Below, piece after piece: positions 14,301 through 28,460 of a stretch of 64,000 nucleotides of DNA. Below the pieces are notes generated by a model that saw only the letters and a list, made by a program, of their open reading frames with translations, did not search any database and was not told where the DNA came from. The translations under genes were made by a program, and so were the position numbers. Source of the stretch: Lytechinus pictus (Eukaryota); contig NC_087256.1 in NCBI RefSeq assembly GCF_037042905.1, positions 24,242,001 through 24,306,000 of the forward strand, in the 5' to 3' direction. Every line of letters begins with the position of its first letter. The first letter of the stretch is position 1.

Positions 14301-17300
14301 ATGACTACGTTTTGTGTCCATCGGCCAGTGGGACCAAGCCTTTACCAAGATTTCGGAGATCGCCATAAACTCATTTTCTCACTACTTTTTTAGAAATAGA
14401 GACGAGTCTACATGAATAAGGCAACCTTTTCAGTCGATCAGAACAAAGCAGTTCTTCAGAACTTGGGCCCTGTTCTTAAGCTTCGTTTTTAAGCGATTCT
14501 GATTCTGGCCTTGAAATCAGAGGGTAGTGTGTTCTAATCACTGGCGTAAATCCGTGTTGAGGGGTGGGGGGGATGACTGAAATATTTTGGCATTTTTTTT
14601 GCATTCATGTTTTTAGATATGCAAGGAATTGTAATTGATATGTCCACAATGGCGTACCGTGGGTCACGGTATTGTGGGGGCACCAGCAAAATTTTTGAAT
14701 CACTGAGTGAGCGCGCGAAGCGCGCTCAGTTGCTAGTTATTCTGACCTAATAGAGACATTTTAAGGACAATGTCATTGAACGGATATGTATCTCACTGAT
14801 CAAATAATGCGAGCGCGAAGCGCGAGCTGAATTTTTTTATATTCACACCTAAAAAGGGACATTATAATCAAATTTGCGTAATCATGATAGTTACCTGTCT
14901 CGCTAAACAATGCGAGCGCGAAGCGCGAGCTGAAATTTTCGTATAATTTGACCCCAGCAAACAGCGAGATTTTAAGGAATATATTTTAGGAATCCATTAA
15001 GAGTATGCATATCTCACCATAGTCATCTAATGCGAGTGCCAAGCGCTTGCTGATTTTATTAGAATTACATCTGAACACATGAAACACTTTTTGTAGTCAT
15101 TGCAATCATGATTATCATACGCACCTCACTAATCAAATATTGCGAGCGTGAAGCGTGAGCAGAAAATTTAGATAAGTTAGATAATTCAGACCTGAAGTGG
15201 GGCATTCTAAGGTTTCTTTGTAGGAATTAACTTGGACCATACGTATTTCATTAACCAAATGATGCGAGTGCGAAGCGCGAGCTGAAAATTTTTGATATTC
15301 AGATCAGAAAAAGGGACATTTTAAGGACTGATTTTAGGAATTCATGAAGAGCAGACATATCTCACCAATCCACTAATGCGAACGTAATCACAGACAGGAA
15401 ATGTTTTTATATATACGAAGACCTTAACATGGGGCAATCACTTTTTGAGTTATGTAAAAGAAGCATATGCCTATGTCACTACATAAAACAATGATAACTC
15501 AAGTGCTAGGAAATATATTTGGTTTATATTGACTTGAAAACGGGATGTTTTAGTACAACAGGATTATATATCTCGTTGAACAGACAATGCGAGCACCAGG
15601 AACAATGAAGACGTAGGCCCTGGGCAAATTATGTTTCATAAAGTTATGATAAAAATGTTTCTTATGTAATGTAACATAACATAATTATAATATGATATAA
15701 CATTATAATGAATAATACTTTCTTTTTTCCCACTACGTTTCTTTTCCTTTCTCCCTCTTTTCTCTTTTTCCCCATTTCCCCGGGGTTTTTTTTGTCAGCC
15801 GATGGGGGGAGCATGTGCCTCCCATGCCCCCCCCCCCCCCCCGTAGTTACGCCACTGTATGTCCATATGGCAAATACCCCTCCAATAGTATTATCTTTTA
15901 CCCCATGATGGTTTAATGATTTTATTAGAGATTACATTCAAAAAATTTTGACATTCAATCTTAATCCCTTCCCAAAGACCCCAACATCGATGAATTGGAA
16001 GAAACGGGGGTTTCTCTTCAATGTTATAATAAGGACATAAGTATTTCGTTTGGAAATGGTGAACTGGCTCTTTATTTGCATTTTATGATTCAATAATATT
16101 GTTTTATTTGTTAAGCGGTATTTTAGGAAGAATTTTCACCAATAAAACAATTATCTCTTGTGATTTTTTTAAATTTCTTTCGTAAAAAGTGGGGGGGATG
16201 ATTGTACAGGCCATCCCCCCCTCCTCGAAAAGTGGGGGGGATATATCCCCCCCATCCCCCCCGGGATTTACGCCAGTGGTTCTAATCCCAACGCTGCCGC
16301 ACGTCCTTTGGCAAAGAACGAATCCAACATTTGCCATTCTACACCCAGGTGTTAAATGGGTACCCGGTAGGATTCAAAAGCCCATGTTGTAAGCCCAGGC
16401 CAAGCACTAGCAACTGAGTCTTAAAACTCGTGTTGGAATGATTACAGGGAGTGGGAAAAGTGCTTTTTCTGCGAGCATGCTCGGATTCAAAGACCCGGTA
16501 ATATATCTAAAGTGCTTAGAGACGTTGATCCGATGTATTAAGCGATATATTAAAAAAAACAGCATTATCATAATGACTTACGATCTTGGTCATTACAATC
16601 GTTAAATCATGTTTGCTGTACATTAGTGTATATATATATATATTATTTTGTCAAGTGCATCGTGTGTGAATATTGAGTGATCATAATGATATAGTTTCAT
16701 ACTTTTCATCCAATCAACATAAAACTGATCCATGATAGTTAATGAGATCAATGGTTACGCTGTATTATATTTTTGACGATGGTGATAATGAAATGGTTTA
16801 AATATATTCATCGCCTGTAATCTCCCTTACCTGTTAATGCAAGACACACGCCCACAACTACAACATTAGTTGAAAAGGCACATATGAGCATGCAAGTCGA
16901 GCCGAGTATTGCTCCTCCTCCGGCGACCAGTCGGTCGTTCACCCTTTCTAGTATTAGAGATACAAGTGGACCTGCCAAAATAAATAAATAAACTTGTTCT
17001 TATTCTTCAAGAGGACGAATTAGGTGGTCTGTCATCATTTTTCATTCGGTGTCGGTTGATGTATGAAATGACTTATTTAGATAATTATTATTTACTTGAT
17101 AATCTTGGTCATAGACATCATGGGAATCAATTTTGACCATGTTAAACGTGATTATTACAATTGTGATGATAATCGTGATGATTATCATGACAGGAAGATA
17201 GGATTTATGAAATGAAGTTTGAGGCACATAATATACTTTGATGAATTCTTCCAAAAGTTCAGACTATTTTACCCAAATTGGCTCGCTCAAAATTGCAAAA

Positions 17301-19760
17301 TGCGCGCCTGAAATTTCACAGCAAGTACTTTTTACTTGTCAGTTCATTATTGATGTTTATCAATTAGAAAAAAAAATTGTGAGAAACTTTTGAAAGATTT
17401 GTGTAAAATTTTCGCAAATCTGCTAAATTTCAATAAAGTTTCCTGCAAGAATTGTAACAATGCCAGTAGGTTTCAATTTCCCAGCATTTACTTGAAAATT
17501 CATTGGTGATGTTTTTCTTTTAATTATGAAGATGTAATGCAAAATTTCCACAAAATTTCCAATCAAAATTTTTACAATGTCAATGGCTGTCAACTTACAT
17601 CATTTACTTGAAATATCATCGGTTATGTTTTTTAATGAAAAAAAATCATATGGAAATTTTTTTTTGTATTTTTTTGGTAAAATCTCCGTAAACTTTCAGC
17701 AGAATTTACACGAAATTTCCGACAAGAATTTTCACGATGCCAGTGGGTATCAATTTCACAGCATTTATTTGAAAATTCATTGGTGTTGATTTTTAATGAA
17801 ATATTATGTACAAACAAAATCGTATACAAATTTTTCCGCAAAATTTCGGTAAAATGTCCAAGAAATTGCACAAAGCTTCAAAAAAGAAAGAAAACTCTGG
17901 GAAATTCCGTAAAATGTCCAAAAAGAAATTTGTAACCCAAGAGCGTTTCAATATCACATGACCTACATAAAAGTATGCAAAGCAAGTGGGCTTCAAATTC
18001 AAAGCTAGCACATAATGACGTTAAGCGTATACCTGTTGTTATTTGTCTATGGCTTAAAATGACCTAAATCGTACCCAAACTTAACCATGGTCGGTTTGAG
18101 GCATTTCAAATTTTTGACACGGGCGTGCGTGTGCGTCATGACCTTAGCATGACCTTTGATGTCATTTCCTGATGACCTGTAACCTGAGCTGGATATGATT
18201 TAAATATGAATGGTTTTTAACGATTTGTTACGATGATGTGATCAATTGTAATATTTTACAAAATGGCGTCTAGATGGTGTCAACATGATTTGTTGACCTT
18301 GAAAAGCTTCTTTAGACATGTCCATAATGACGTCTATCCATGACATGAAAATCAAGGGAATTAACGTGCCAGGATTCTAGATAAAGTGGGAATAACATTT
18401 TGCTATCAAAATAACTGGTGAAAGAAAGAAAATGCAAAAATTACGAAATTAATAGGTGGTATGTCATATACATGACAGACCACCTAATAAATAATGTATG
18501 ATTTGTATAGTACACGTAAACACCTTGTTAGGAATCATGGCGCTCCTATATTTCCCCGACTTAGCTAGTCTACCGATTCCGGTGCTTACAGCTATTTGAA
18601 AAATTACGTCCTGCCCTTACCCATCATAATTTTAGAACATAAATAGGGATTTGACGTCTTGATTAAATTTCTCACCGAATATTTACAAATATTCAACACT
18701 CGGCAAAATGCGCCTTTGCATACATATAATAAAAATCATAAGTTACAATGAAATTGGGGGGTAAACCCACGATATTACAGTGAAACCCATGGATTGCATG
18801 ATTATCAGAACTAAAACAGAAAGAAATTTGCCTTTAAAGGGATGTTCCGGGCTGAAACTTGTATGATTTAAACAGATGAAGAAAAATCAAAGAGAACACT
18901 GAAAACTTGATCAAAATCAGACAAGGAACAACAAAGTTATGGCAATTCAAAGATTTGCATTTTGTCCGGTGAAACAGTTCTAGGCATGTCTTCATGAATA
19001 TTCAATGAGCAACTTGATGTCATATCCCCACTTGTTCTTTTGTATTTTATTATATGAAATTGGGTTTATTCAAACTTTTTTTACCAAGAACTGAAAAAAT
19101 TGGATTGACAACTGTTTAAGTGCATTAGATATTCATTGCTGCAACTTATTTCATTATAAAGCAGACTTATTATTCACACATGACTTGTATGAAAAATGAA
19201 ACAATTATCATTTCATGTAATAATATAAAAACTTTTGCTAAACTTAAAAATTCTATAACTTCGTTATTTGTTTTCCGATTTTGATAAAATTTTCATCATT
19301 TTACTCTGCGAATTCTGCTCTATCAATTTAAATGTAAATATTTTCAGCCCGGAGTAACCCCCCCCCCCCCTCCCCCCATTTAAGCGGTTCGGTTGTGGAG
19401 CACACTTTAATTCGCACACAAGTGGATAGGGGATATTCAAATTGCATGTGGGCAAAATGACCGTCTCCAGCTTTGTGAGTAAACAAATGCAAGAACTTGC
19501 ATTGTAGTATTTCGCTTTGGAGCTCATCGACATTCAAACATGAAAACCTACTTACTTGCGAGAAGTGAGAGGGTGGATGGCAGGCTGCAGATGAACCCAA
19601 TAATGGCGTAGTTTGAGTTTAATCTCACCACCATCTCATGGAGAAGAACACCAAACGATTTCGTGATGCCTGCAGCGTATACCAGAAGGGTAAACTTACA
19701 AAATATGACAACGTATCCCCACCGCCAATTCAAAATGCTTCCTTCCGTTGGAGGCTTCAT
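11371..19760 (-). CDS. SLC16/MCT-like transporter, tandem copy 2 (exons 19760-19556, 16971-16831, 13091-12075, 11504-11371)
   Basis: Same exon lengths (205/141/1017/134) and splice sites as copy 1, with only a few amino-acid differences; frame intact. Confidence 0.9.
14539..16278. mobile_element. Non-autonomous hAT-type element (outer), present only in copy 2
   Basis: TIR CACTGGCGTAAATCC; 8-bp TSD GTTCTAAT (14531-14538, 16279-16286); empty site in copies 1 and 3. Confidence 0.9.
14647..15857 (+). mobile_element. ~1.2-kb non-autonomous hAT-type element (CAGTGGCGTA family), nested
   Basis: Ends CAATGGCGTA / TACGCCACTG; TSD TATGTCCA (14639-14646, 15858-15865). Confidence 0.9.
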
Positions 19761-21818
19761 TATTATGTATTGTTATAAATACGAATGATTAAATCAAAGA
19801 AAAAGAGGTTGGTGTAATATACACATTTGCTCCGTCGGACTTGGTATTTATGTTGCTTTACTAGACCTCTATAATAGAGAGAGTGAGAGGAAGGGAGAGA
19901 TAGACAGAGAGAAACAATGTGGGAGAGGGACACAGAGAAAGCATGACTTCATAATCATGACAGTTCAGAGAGATTCCATTGTTTAACAGGTAGCTACATT
20001 CGCTAAAAGTGATGCAAATCTATGTCTTCCTGCCAACAACTTAGAAACCATGCAGGTGTTTCACCAATCTGCATATATAATGATTTTTACACAATGTCTG
20101 GACTCGTTTGCATACGTCATTTGTTGCTAGGTCTGGCAAGCATCTGGTAGAATTTCAGGTTGGCAAGAAAACTACTTGTGTGAAAAGTATATAGGCCTGT
20201 GCATTTTTATTAATAAAAGATGCTACTCTAGATCTAATGTGAGAATGGAAACGCATCCAGTTTGCATTCTCACAATAGACCTGGTGGGTGTTTCATAAAG
20301 CTGTTCGTAAGTTAGGAGCGACTTTATGAACGACTGGTGAACCTTTCTTACGCGCTAAACCATTGTCAATGATGTATAGCATTTACCAAAAGAAAGGATC
20401 ACCAGTCGTTCTTATAGTCGCTCTTATCTTACGAACAGCTTTATGAAACACCCACAAGTTTTTATATACTCATGAATAAACTTCTATAGTTGACTTTGAG
20501 TGATCTGCATATATTTATTGGTGCTAATGAATGTGCTGAAGGCAATCAGACTTAACCGGGGGGGGGCGGTTCACGGCGGTTTGGCTCAGAAGTTGGATGC
20601 AATCAAAGCGCTCTCGTGTTTATTTTCTAATAGTTTGGGCAAATCACATTTAATGGGCTGTAAAGTGTTGTGTTTATTCCTTTATTAGGCAAGCACAAAA
20701 TTAAAACTTGCAAAACGTAAAAAGGTTAATGTCAATGGGATTGCAACTAGCTCGCCATTAGTTTGCGACTCCAGATTCTGCTGATTGCAGAGACGTCTCC
20801 GATACATCTATGAAACTTATTATTAACTTGTATTCTCCGAGGAGTCGCAAGAAAATCGAACATGCTCGATTTTTTCACGACATTTTCCAGTCGACGCACT
20901 CGCATTCAGATGAGCTTGGGGTGCCATGCCCCCCCCCCCCTGAAAAATGTTCAATTCCGAGAAAAAAAATATTAACATTATTTTTTAAGTAATATGTCAA
21001 AAACTACCATAAAATTATAGTATCGAATGAGACGGGTCTTCTTTTTTACTCGCTCGCTTCGCTCACTCGCATATTCTTATAAATATTGTCCGCTACCCCT
21101 AGAGTATATTTGACCCTTTTAATTTGTGTGGGCTTGTTACGCTACGTCTCCAAGACATGACGATCAACTGCAGAAGCTTCGTGGAGACTAATTTCATCCC
21201 CGACTGCTAAGACGACTCCGATGTCTCTATGGAGTCTGTGCGAAATATTTTTTTAAAGAGTACATAAAATGTTATAGCGGCTTTTTTCGAGGAAATGTGA
21301 CTGAGGTATTAATGAAATATGTCTGTTAACGTCTCAAGAGACTACAAACATTCTAAGATATTGTTGTGAAGTTATTATTGGATTAAGCTAAACCTTGCAA
21401 AATTCTTCGAATTTATTTGTTCCTAAATTATATATTTTCCATTGAATTGGGGCAATTTATCATCCAATGTCTTGATTTTCTCCCCACCCCTCCTCAAAAA
21501 AGACCAGCTCGGCAAGTATTAAAGGGCAATGTGCCCGATATCAACTAAAATACAAAAAAAAAATTGTTCATTTTCTGACAAGAGTATTTAATATCTTTCT
21601 TAGGGGAGGGCAATCGATAGCTTAATGTCGCCCTATTAGTTGCCGGATTATCCAAGTGGAAATATTCATATCTACATAGATCACATCTTAGCCTCTAATT
21701 ATGACACGATGTACGTATTCCTATTGTCCACGTCTACTCCTATTTGTGTTTATTCCACTGTAAGGTTCATAGTCACGGATCTTTTACGTATTAGGATGGT
21801 CAGATGACGTCACATGTT

Positions 21819-24800
21819 TCATTTCGTGTTGATCCTAGATTGAACTCTCAATAGGACAGCTGTGGTGGTCAAGATCACCAAAACAACAAAAAGAAGAACA
21901 CCATTAACCATGAAGACTTTGGTGTAGGACTGGGTTAGGTCGAACAGAGATCCTGTTGGAGGAGGGGATAAAAAAAAATGCTATTCGATAAATACCATCG
22001 TTGCAAGTTGAGTTTATCATCCTTTACTACTAGTATTTCATATCACATACCATATATACTGTCGAAGGAACGTAGTACATAATTGATTAAAATCATGTAT
22101 TTTTAGTTTTTAATGTATTTTAGAATTTAATGCATAATATTCTTTAGATTTGCTAATCGTATCATGAGTTGAGACCCTTAGTCCCCCGAGGGTTGAAACG
22201 GAGGGTCGTATTTTCGAATCGAAATGCATACCTGCCAGAAATTCATTCCTCGAAATGCATGTGCGCTGTAGAAGACTTGCCGGGACTAATTCTATGGTAA
22301 TAATCGCATAGAGACGTTAGATAATAACGTGATAATAATGCCTTTTTACGAGAACTGAACATTATCATTATAACTATTGTAATAGCATAATTATGAAAAT
22401 TATCATCACAGTCACTTAAATGTAACTGGCATGACAGTAAATTTATTCAATACCGGGAGTCCTTTGTTAATCTATATAATTATAACGTTAAAATGAAAAT
22501 AAGTATATAAATACAAGTACCTGTCATATAGCCTGCTGAGGTAGCTCCTAATCCAGTAAAGAAAAATAGCATTGCATAAGCTCGTCTGAATTTGACTGGG
22601 TCAAATGTAATCTTCTTTACCACGGCAGAGGGCATAGTATCTTCAGTAAAGAAACAGATGCCTTGGACGAACGCCAAACCAGCCCGTACAGGATACCCTG
22701 ATCCGACGAAGTCAAGGAGAAAAGTCAGGATGCAGACAATACTGACGGGGATGTATATCAGAAAAGGATCGACGTTTTTAGAAATGAGAATAATGAATAC
22801 TGTTCTTCCTAAGATACCACCAATTCCTGCTAGAGTGGATAATATTACCGCATGGGAACTGATAATCCCAAGGGATTCGGCATGGGGTACCAAGAACAGC
22901 ATCCAACCGTACAATGCATATGAGAAGAGGAAAATCGACGGCATGTTAAACAAGACCAGCCAGTCATGAAACGTAAGACCTCTGCAACAGAACTTGTACC
23001 AAGGTTCGGTATTGCCCTTCGATGTCCCTGCAGACGCCCCAGCCAGTTTGTCGTCGTCGTCTTCTTCTTCGGTGATCAATGGTAAGTGTTCGGTTAACAC
23101 AGCAGTTTCGACGTCATCAAGCCCAATCTCTGAATGATCAGATCCTGTACTGCTTGACTGATGTTCCTTATGATTTTTTTCACCCCTTGATCCCAGAGCG
23201 CTGTTATTTTTCGGTCGTGTAAGCTTACTTGTCATCTCGCTATCTGTTCGGACCAGTCCCATTGTCTTAGCTTCAGGACAATTAATTTTAATTTTCTTCA
23301 TGATTGGTTTACGGATTACAGCAGCACACACCATGGCGTGAAGACCAATACCGGCTAAGATCAGAAAACTTCCGTGGTACCCGTAAGCCTCTTCCGATCT
23401 TTCTACGATGAACGGTATAAAGGTTGCACCTGCAGTCAGACCATACAAGGAAAGCGTATTCATCATGACAAAATCATCAGGGAAATAGTCGTTTATGATA
23501 AGCGTTGTGGGCAGGTGAATACAGGCAAAACCGGTCCCTAAAAGTAAAATGAAAATAGAGCGAGATGGGGGAATAGTAAACGATAGGTAAACTAAATAAT
23601 AATAAAACTTATAATAGTAAAAGTATTTAAAAAAAAAACATTTATAAACCGCTAAATAAATTAAAAAAACATTTATAAACCGCTAAATAAAATGTTTTTA
23701 ATCATTGTATTACTACTATTCAGCTTAAGCACGGCTACCCTGATCAGGCGCTCGAGCATTCAAGTTTTTTTCCCTACGCGGTACCCATTCACAACACTTG
23801 GGTGGAGAGTGGCAAGTGTAGATAAATGACTTGCCAGAAGACGCAAGTGCTGCAGCGGGGTTTGACCCCCAAGACACTGTGGTTAAATTTCTTATCTACT
23901 GAGCAACACCTTTACACGTATGGTATCGGTCCTTAAAAATTAATGAAGAAAACCAACAAGATTTACAAGTTGCATGAATCCTTCAAATAAAGTGAAATAA
24001 ACTGATACATCGACCCAGCCTTTACGTCTTAACCAGGTACTATTCCAGTATTGATCGAATGGGATATATTCATCGATAGACACACAGATATTTAGAACTA
24101 TGCAAATCTTCAAACAATGATGACAGTGGTTCCAACTCTGCATCAGTTCCTATCTCGTCTTCCTATCACGTCCTATACTCTGGCCAATCTATACTATTGT
24201 AAGTATATTTACCCAGGGAAGCCACTCCAGTTCTGAAAACTGTTCCCCCAGTGGGACCTGCCATTATTATTACCCCGGCTTTAGCTGGGCTGCCTATAGG
24301 CGCTCAAGCATTCAAGGAATATCTTCCTACCGGGTACCCATTCACCTCACCTGGATTGAGTGCAGTACAATGTGGATTAATTTCTTGCTGAAGGAAATTA
24401 CGCCATGGCTGGGATTCGAACCCATGACCCTCTGTTTCAAAGTCAGGAGACTAGTCTACTGGGCCATAACGCTCCACAAATCTATCATGGACTTCACAAA
24501 ATACCTTAAGCTTTAATATTTTAAGACCCGGTCCCACTGCTCTTACGGATGCAGAGAGGATTAAAACGGAAAAGAATCTTGCCATCCGTTGGAAAACGGT
24601 ATGTATCTGTTGTCTACTCTTTGCATACTTGTTTCATACGCTCTATATTCATCGAGCACCCGTCCACTGTGATTTTATTCATTTCGCCCATTCTGTCCAT
24701 TGTCTGGAGCGGATGAAAACGGATGGAAATTTTGCTTGTCCGCTGTATCCGTTATGAATACGTTTTGTGTCCATCGGCCAGTGGGACCAAGCCTTTACCA

Positions 24801-27800
24801 AGATTTCGGAGATCGCCATAAACTCATTTTCTCACTACTTTTTTAGAAATAGAGACGAGTCTACATGAATAAGGCAACCTTTTCAGTCGATCAGAACAAA
24901 CCAGTTCTTCAGAACGTGGGCCCTGTTCTTAAGCTTCGTTTTTAAGCGATTCTGACTCTGGCCTTGAAATCAGAGGGTAGTGTGTTCTAATCCCAACGCT
25001 GCCGCGCGTCCTTTGGCAAAGAACGAATCCAACATTTGCCATTCTACACCCAGGTGTTAAATGGGTACCCGGTAGGATGCAAAAGCCCATGTTGTAAGCC
25101 CAGGCCAAGCACTAGCAACTGAGTCTTAAAACTCGTGTTGGAATGATCCACAGGGAGTGGAAAAAGTGCTTTTTTCTGCGGGCATGCTCGGATTCAAAGA
25201 CCCGGTAATATATCTAAAGTGCTTAGAGACGTTGATCCGATGTATTAAGCGATATATTAAAAAACAGCATTATCATAATGACTTACGATCTTGGTCATTA
25301 CAATCGTTAAATCATGTTTGCTGTACATTAGTGTATATATATATATATTATTTTGTCAAGTGCATCGTGTGTGAATATTGAGTGATCATAATGATATAGT
25401 TTCATACTTTTCATCCAATCAACATAAAACTGATCCATGATAGTTAATGAGTTCAATGGTTACGCTGTATTTTATTTTTGACGATGATGATAATGAAATG
25501 GTTTAAATATATTCATCGCCTGTAATCTCCCTTACCTGTTAATGCAAGACACACGCCCACAACTACAACATTAGTTGAAAAGGCACATATGAGCATGCAA
25601 GTCGAGCCGAGTATTGCTCCTCCTCCGGCGACCAGTCGGTCGTTCACCCTTTCTAGTATTAGAGATACAAGTGGACCTGCCAAAATAAATAAATAAACTT
25701 GTTCTTATTCTTCAAAAGGACGAATTAGGTGGTCTGTCATCATTTTTCATTCGGTGTCGGTTGATGTATGAAATGACTTATTTAGATAATTATTATTTAC
25801 TTGATAATCTTGGTCATAGACATCATGGGAATCAACTTTGACCATGTTAAACGTGATTATTACTATTGTCATGATAATCGTGATGATTATCATGACAGGA
25901 AGATAGGATTTATGAAATGAAGTTTGAGGCACATAATATACTTTGATGAATTCCTCCAAAAGTTCAGACTATTTTACCCAAATTGGCTCGCTCAAAATTG
26001 CAAAATGCGCGCCTGAAATTTCACAGCAAGTACTTTTTACTTGTCAGTTCATTATTGATGTTTATCAATTAGAAAAAAAAATTGTGAGAAACTTTTGAAA
26101 GATTTGTGTAAAATTTTCGCAAATCTGCTAAATTTCAATAAAGTTTCCTGCAAGAATTGTAACAATGCCAGTAGGTTTCAATTTCCCAGCATTTACTTGA
26201 AAATTCATTGGTGATGTTTTTAGTTTATGTAGATGTAATGCAAAATTTCCACAAAATTTCCAACCAAAATTTTTACAATAATTTCAATGGCTGTCAACTT
26301 TACATCATTTACTTGAAATATCATCGGTTATGTTTTTTAATGAAAAAAAAATCATATGGAAAAATTTTATGTATTTTTTTGTAAAATTTCCGTAAACTTT
26401 CAGCAGAATTTACACGAAATTTCCGACAAGAATTTTCACGATGCCAGTGGGTATCAATTTCACAGCATTTATTTGAAAATTCATTGGTGTTGATTTTTAA
26501 TGAAATACTATGTAAAAAAATCGTATACAAATTCTTCCGCAAAATTTCGGTAAAATGTCCAAGAAATTGCACAAAGCTTCAAAAAAGAAAGAAAACTCTG
26601 GGAAATTCCGTAAAATGTCCATAAAGAAATTTGCAACCCAAGAGCGTTTCAATATCACATGACCTACATAAAAGTATGCAAAGCAAGTGGGCTTCAAATT
26701 CAAAGCTAGCACATAATGACGTTAAGCGTATACCTGTTGTTATTTGTCTATGGCTTAAAATGACCTAAATCGTACCCAAACTTAACCATGGTCGGTTTGA
26801 GGCATTTCAAATTTTTGACACGGGCGTGCGTGTGCGTCATGACCTTAGCATGACCTTTGATGTCATTTCCTGATGACCTGTAACCTGAGCTGGATATGAT
26901 TTAAATATGAATGGTTTTTAACGATTTGTTACGATGATGTGATCAATTGTAATATTTTACAAAATGGCGTCTAGATGGTGTCAACATGATTTGTTGACCT
27001 TGAAAAGCTTCTTTAGACATGTCCATAATGACGTCTATCCATGACATGAAAATCAAGGGAATTAACGTGCCAGGATTCTAGATAAAGTGGGAATAACATT
27101 TTGCTATCAAAATAACTGGTGAAAGAAAGAAAATGCAAAAATTACGAAATTAATAGGTGGTATGTCATATACATGACAGACCACCTAATAAATAATGTAT
27201 GATTTGTATAGTACACGTAAACACCTTGTTAGGAATCATGGCGCTCCTATATTTCCCCGACTTAGCTAGTCTACCGATTCCGGTGCTTACAGCTATTTGA
27301 AAAATTACGTCCTGCCCTTACCCATCATAATTTTAGAACATAAATAGGGATTTGACGTCTTGATTAAATTTCTCACCGAATATTTACAAATATTCAACAC
27401 TCGGCAAAATGCGCCTTTGCATACATATAATAAAAATCATAAGTTACAATGAAATTGGGGGGGAAACCCACGATATTACAGTGAAACCCATGGATTGCAT
27501 GATTATCAGAACTAAAACAGAGAGAAATTTGCCTTTAAAGGGATGTTCCGGGCTGAAACTTGTATGATTTAAACAGATGAAGAAAAATCAAAGAGAACAC
27601 TGAAAACTTGATCAAAATCAGACAAGGAACAACAAAGTTATGGTAATTCAAAGATTTGCATTTTGTCCGGTGAAACAGTTCTAGGCATGTCTTCATGAAT
27701 ATTCAATGAGCAACTTGATGTCATATCCCCACTTGTTCTTTTGTATTTTATTATATGAAATTGGGTTTATTCAAACTTTTTTTACCAAGAACTGAAAAAA

Positions 27801-28460
27801 TTAGATTGACAACTGTTTAAGTGCATTAGATATTCATTGCTGCAACTTATTTCATTATAAAGCAGACTCATTATTCACACATGACTTGTATGAAAAATGA
27901 AACAATTATCATTTCATGTAATAATATAAAAACTTTTGCTAAACTTAAAAATTCTATAACTTCGTTATTTGTTTTCCGATTTTGATAAAATTTTCATCAT
28001 TTTACTCTGCGAATTTTGCTCTATCAATTTAAATGTAAATATTTTCAGCCCGGAGTAACCCCCCCCCCCCCCCCCCATTTAAGCGGTTCGGTTGTGGAGC
28101 ACACTTTAATTCGCACACAAGTGGATAGGGGGATATTCAAATTGCATGTGGGCAAAATGACCGTCTCCAGCTTTGTGAGTAAACAAATGCAAGAACTTGC
28201 ATTGTAGTGTTTCGCTTTGGAGCTCATCGACATTCAAACATGAAAACCTACTTACTTGCGAGAAGTGAGAGGGTGGATGGCAGGCTGCAGATGAACCCAA
28301 TAATGGCGTAGTTTGAGTTTAATCTCACCACCATCTCATGGAGAAGAACACCAAACGATTTCGTGATGCCTGCATCGAATACCAGAAGGGTAAACTTACA
28401 AAATATGATAACGTATCCCCACCGCCAATTCAAAATGCTTCCTTCCGTTGGAGGCTTCAT
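21819..28460 (-). CDS. SLC16/MCT-like transporter, tandem copy 3 (exons 28460-28256, 25676-25536, 23537-22521, 21952-21819)
   Basis: Same exon structure, intact frame; exon 1 reads VFDAG rather than VYAAG. Confidence 0.9.
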
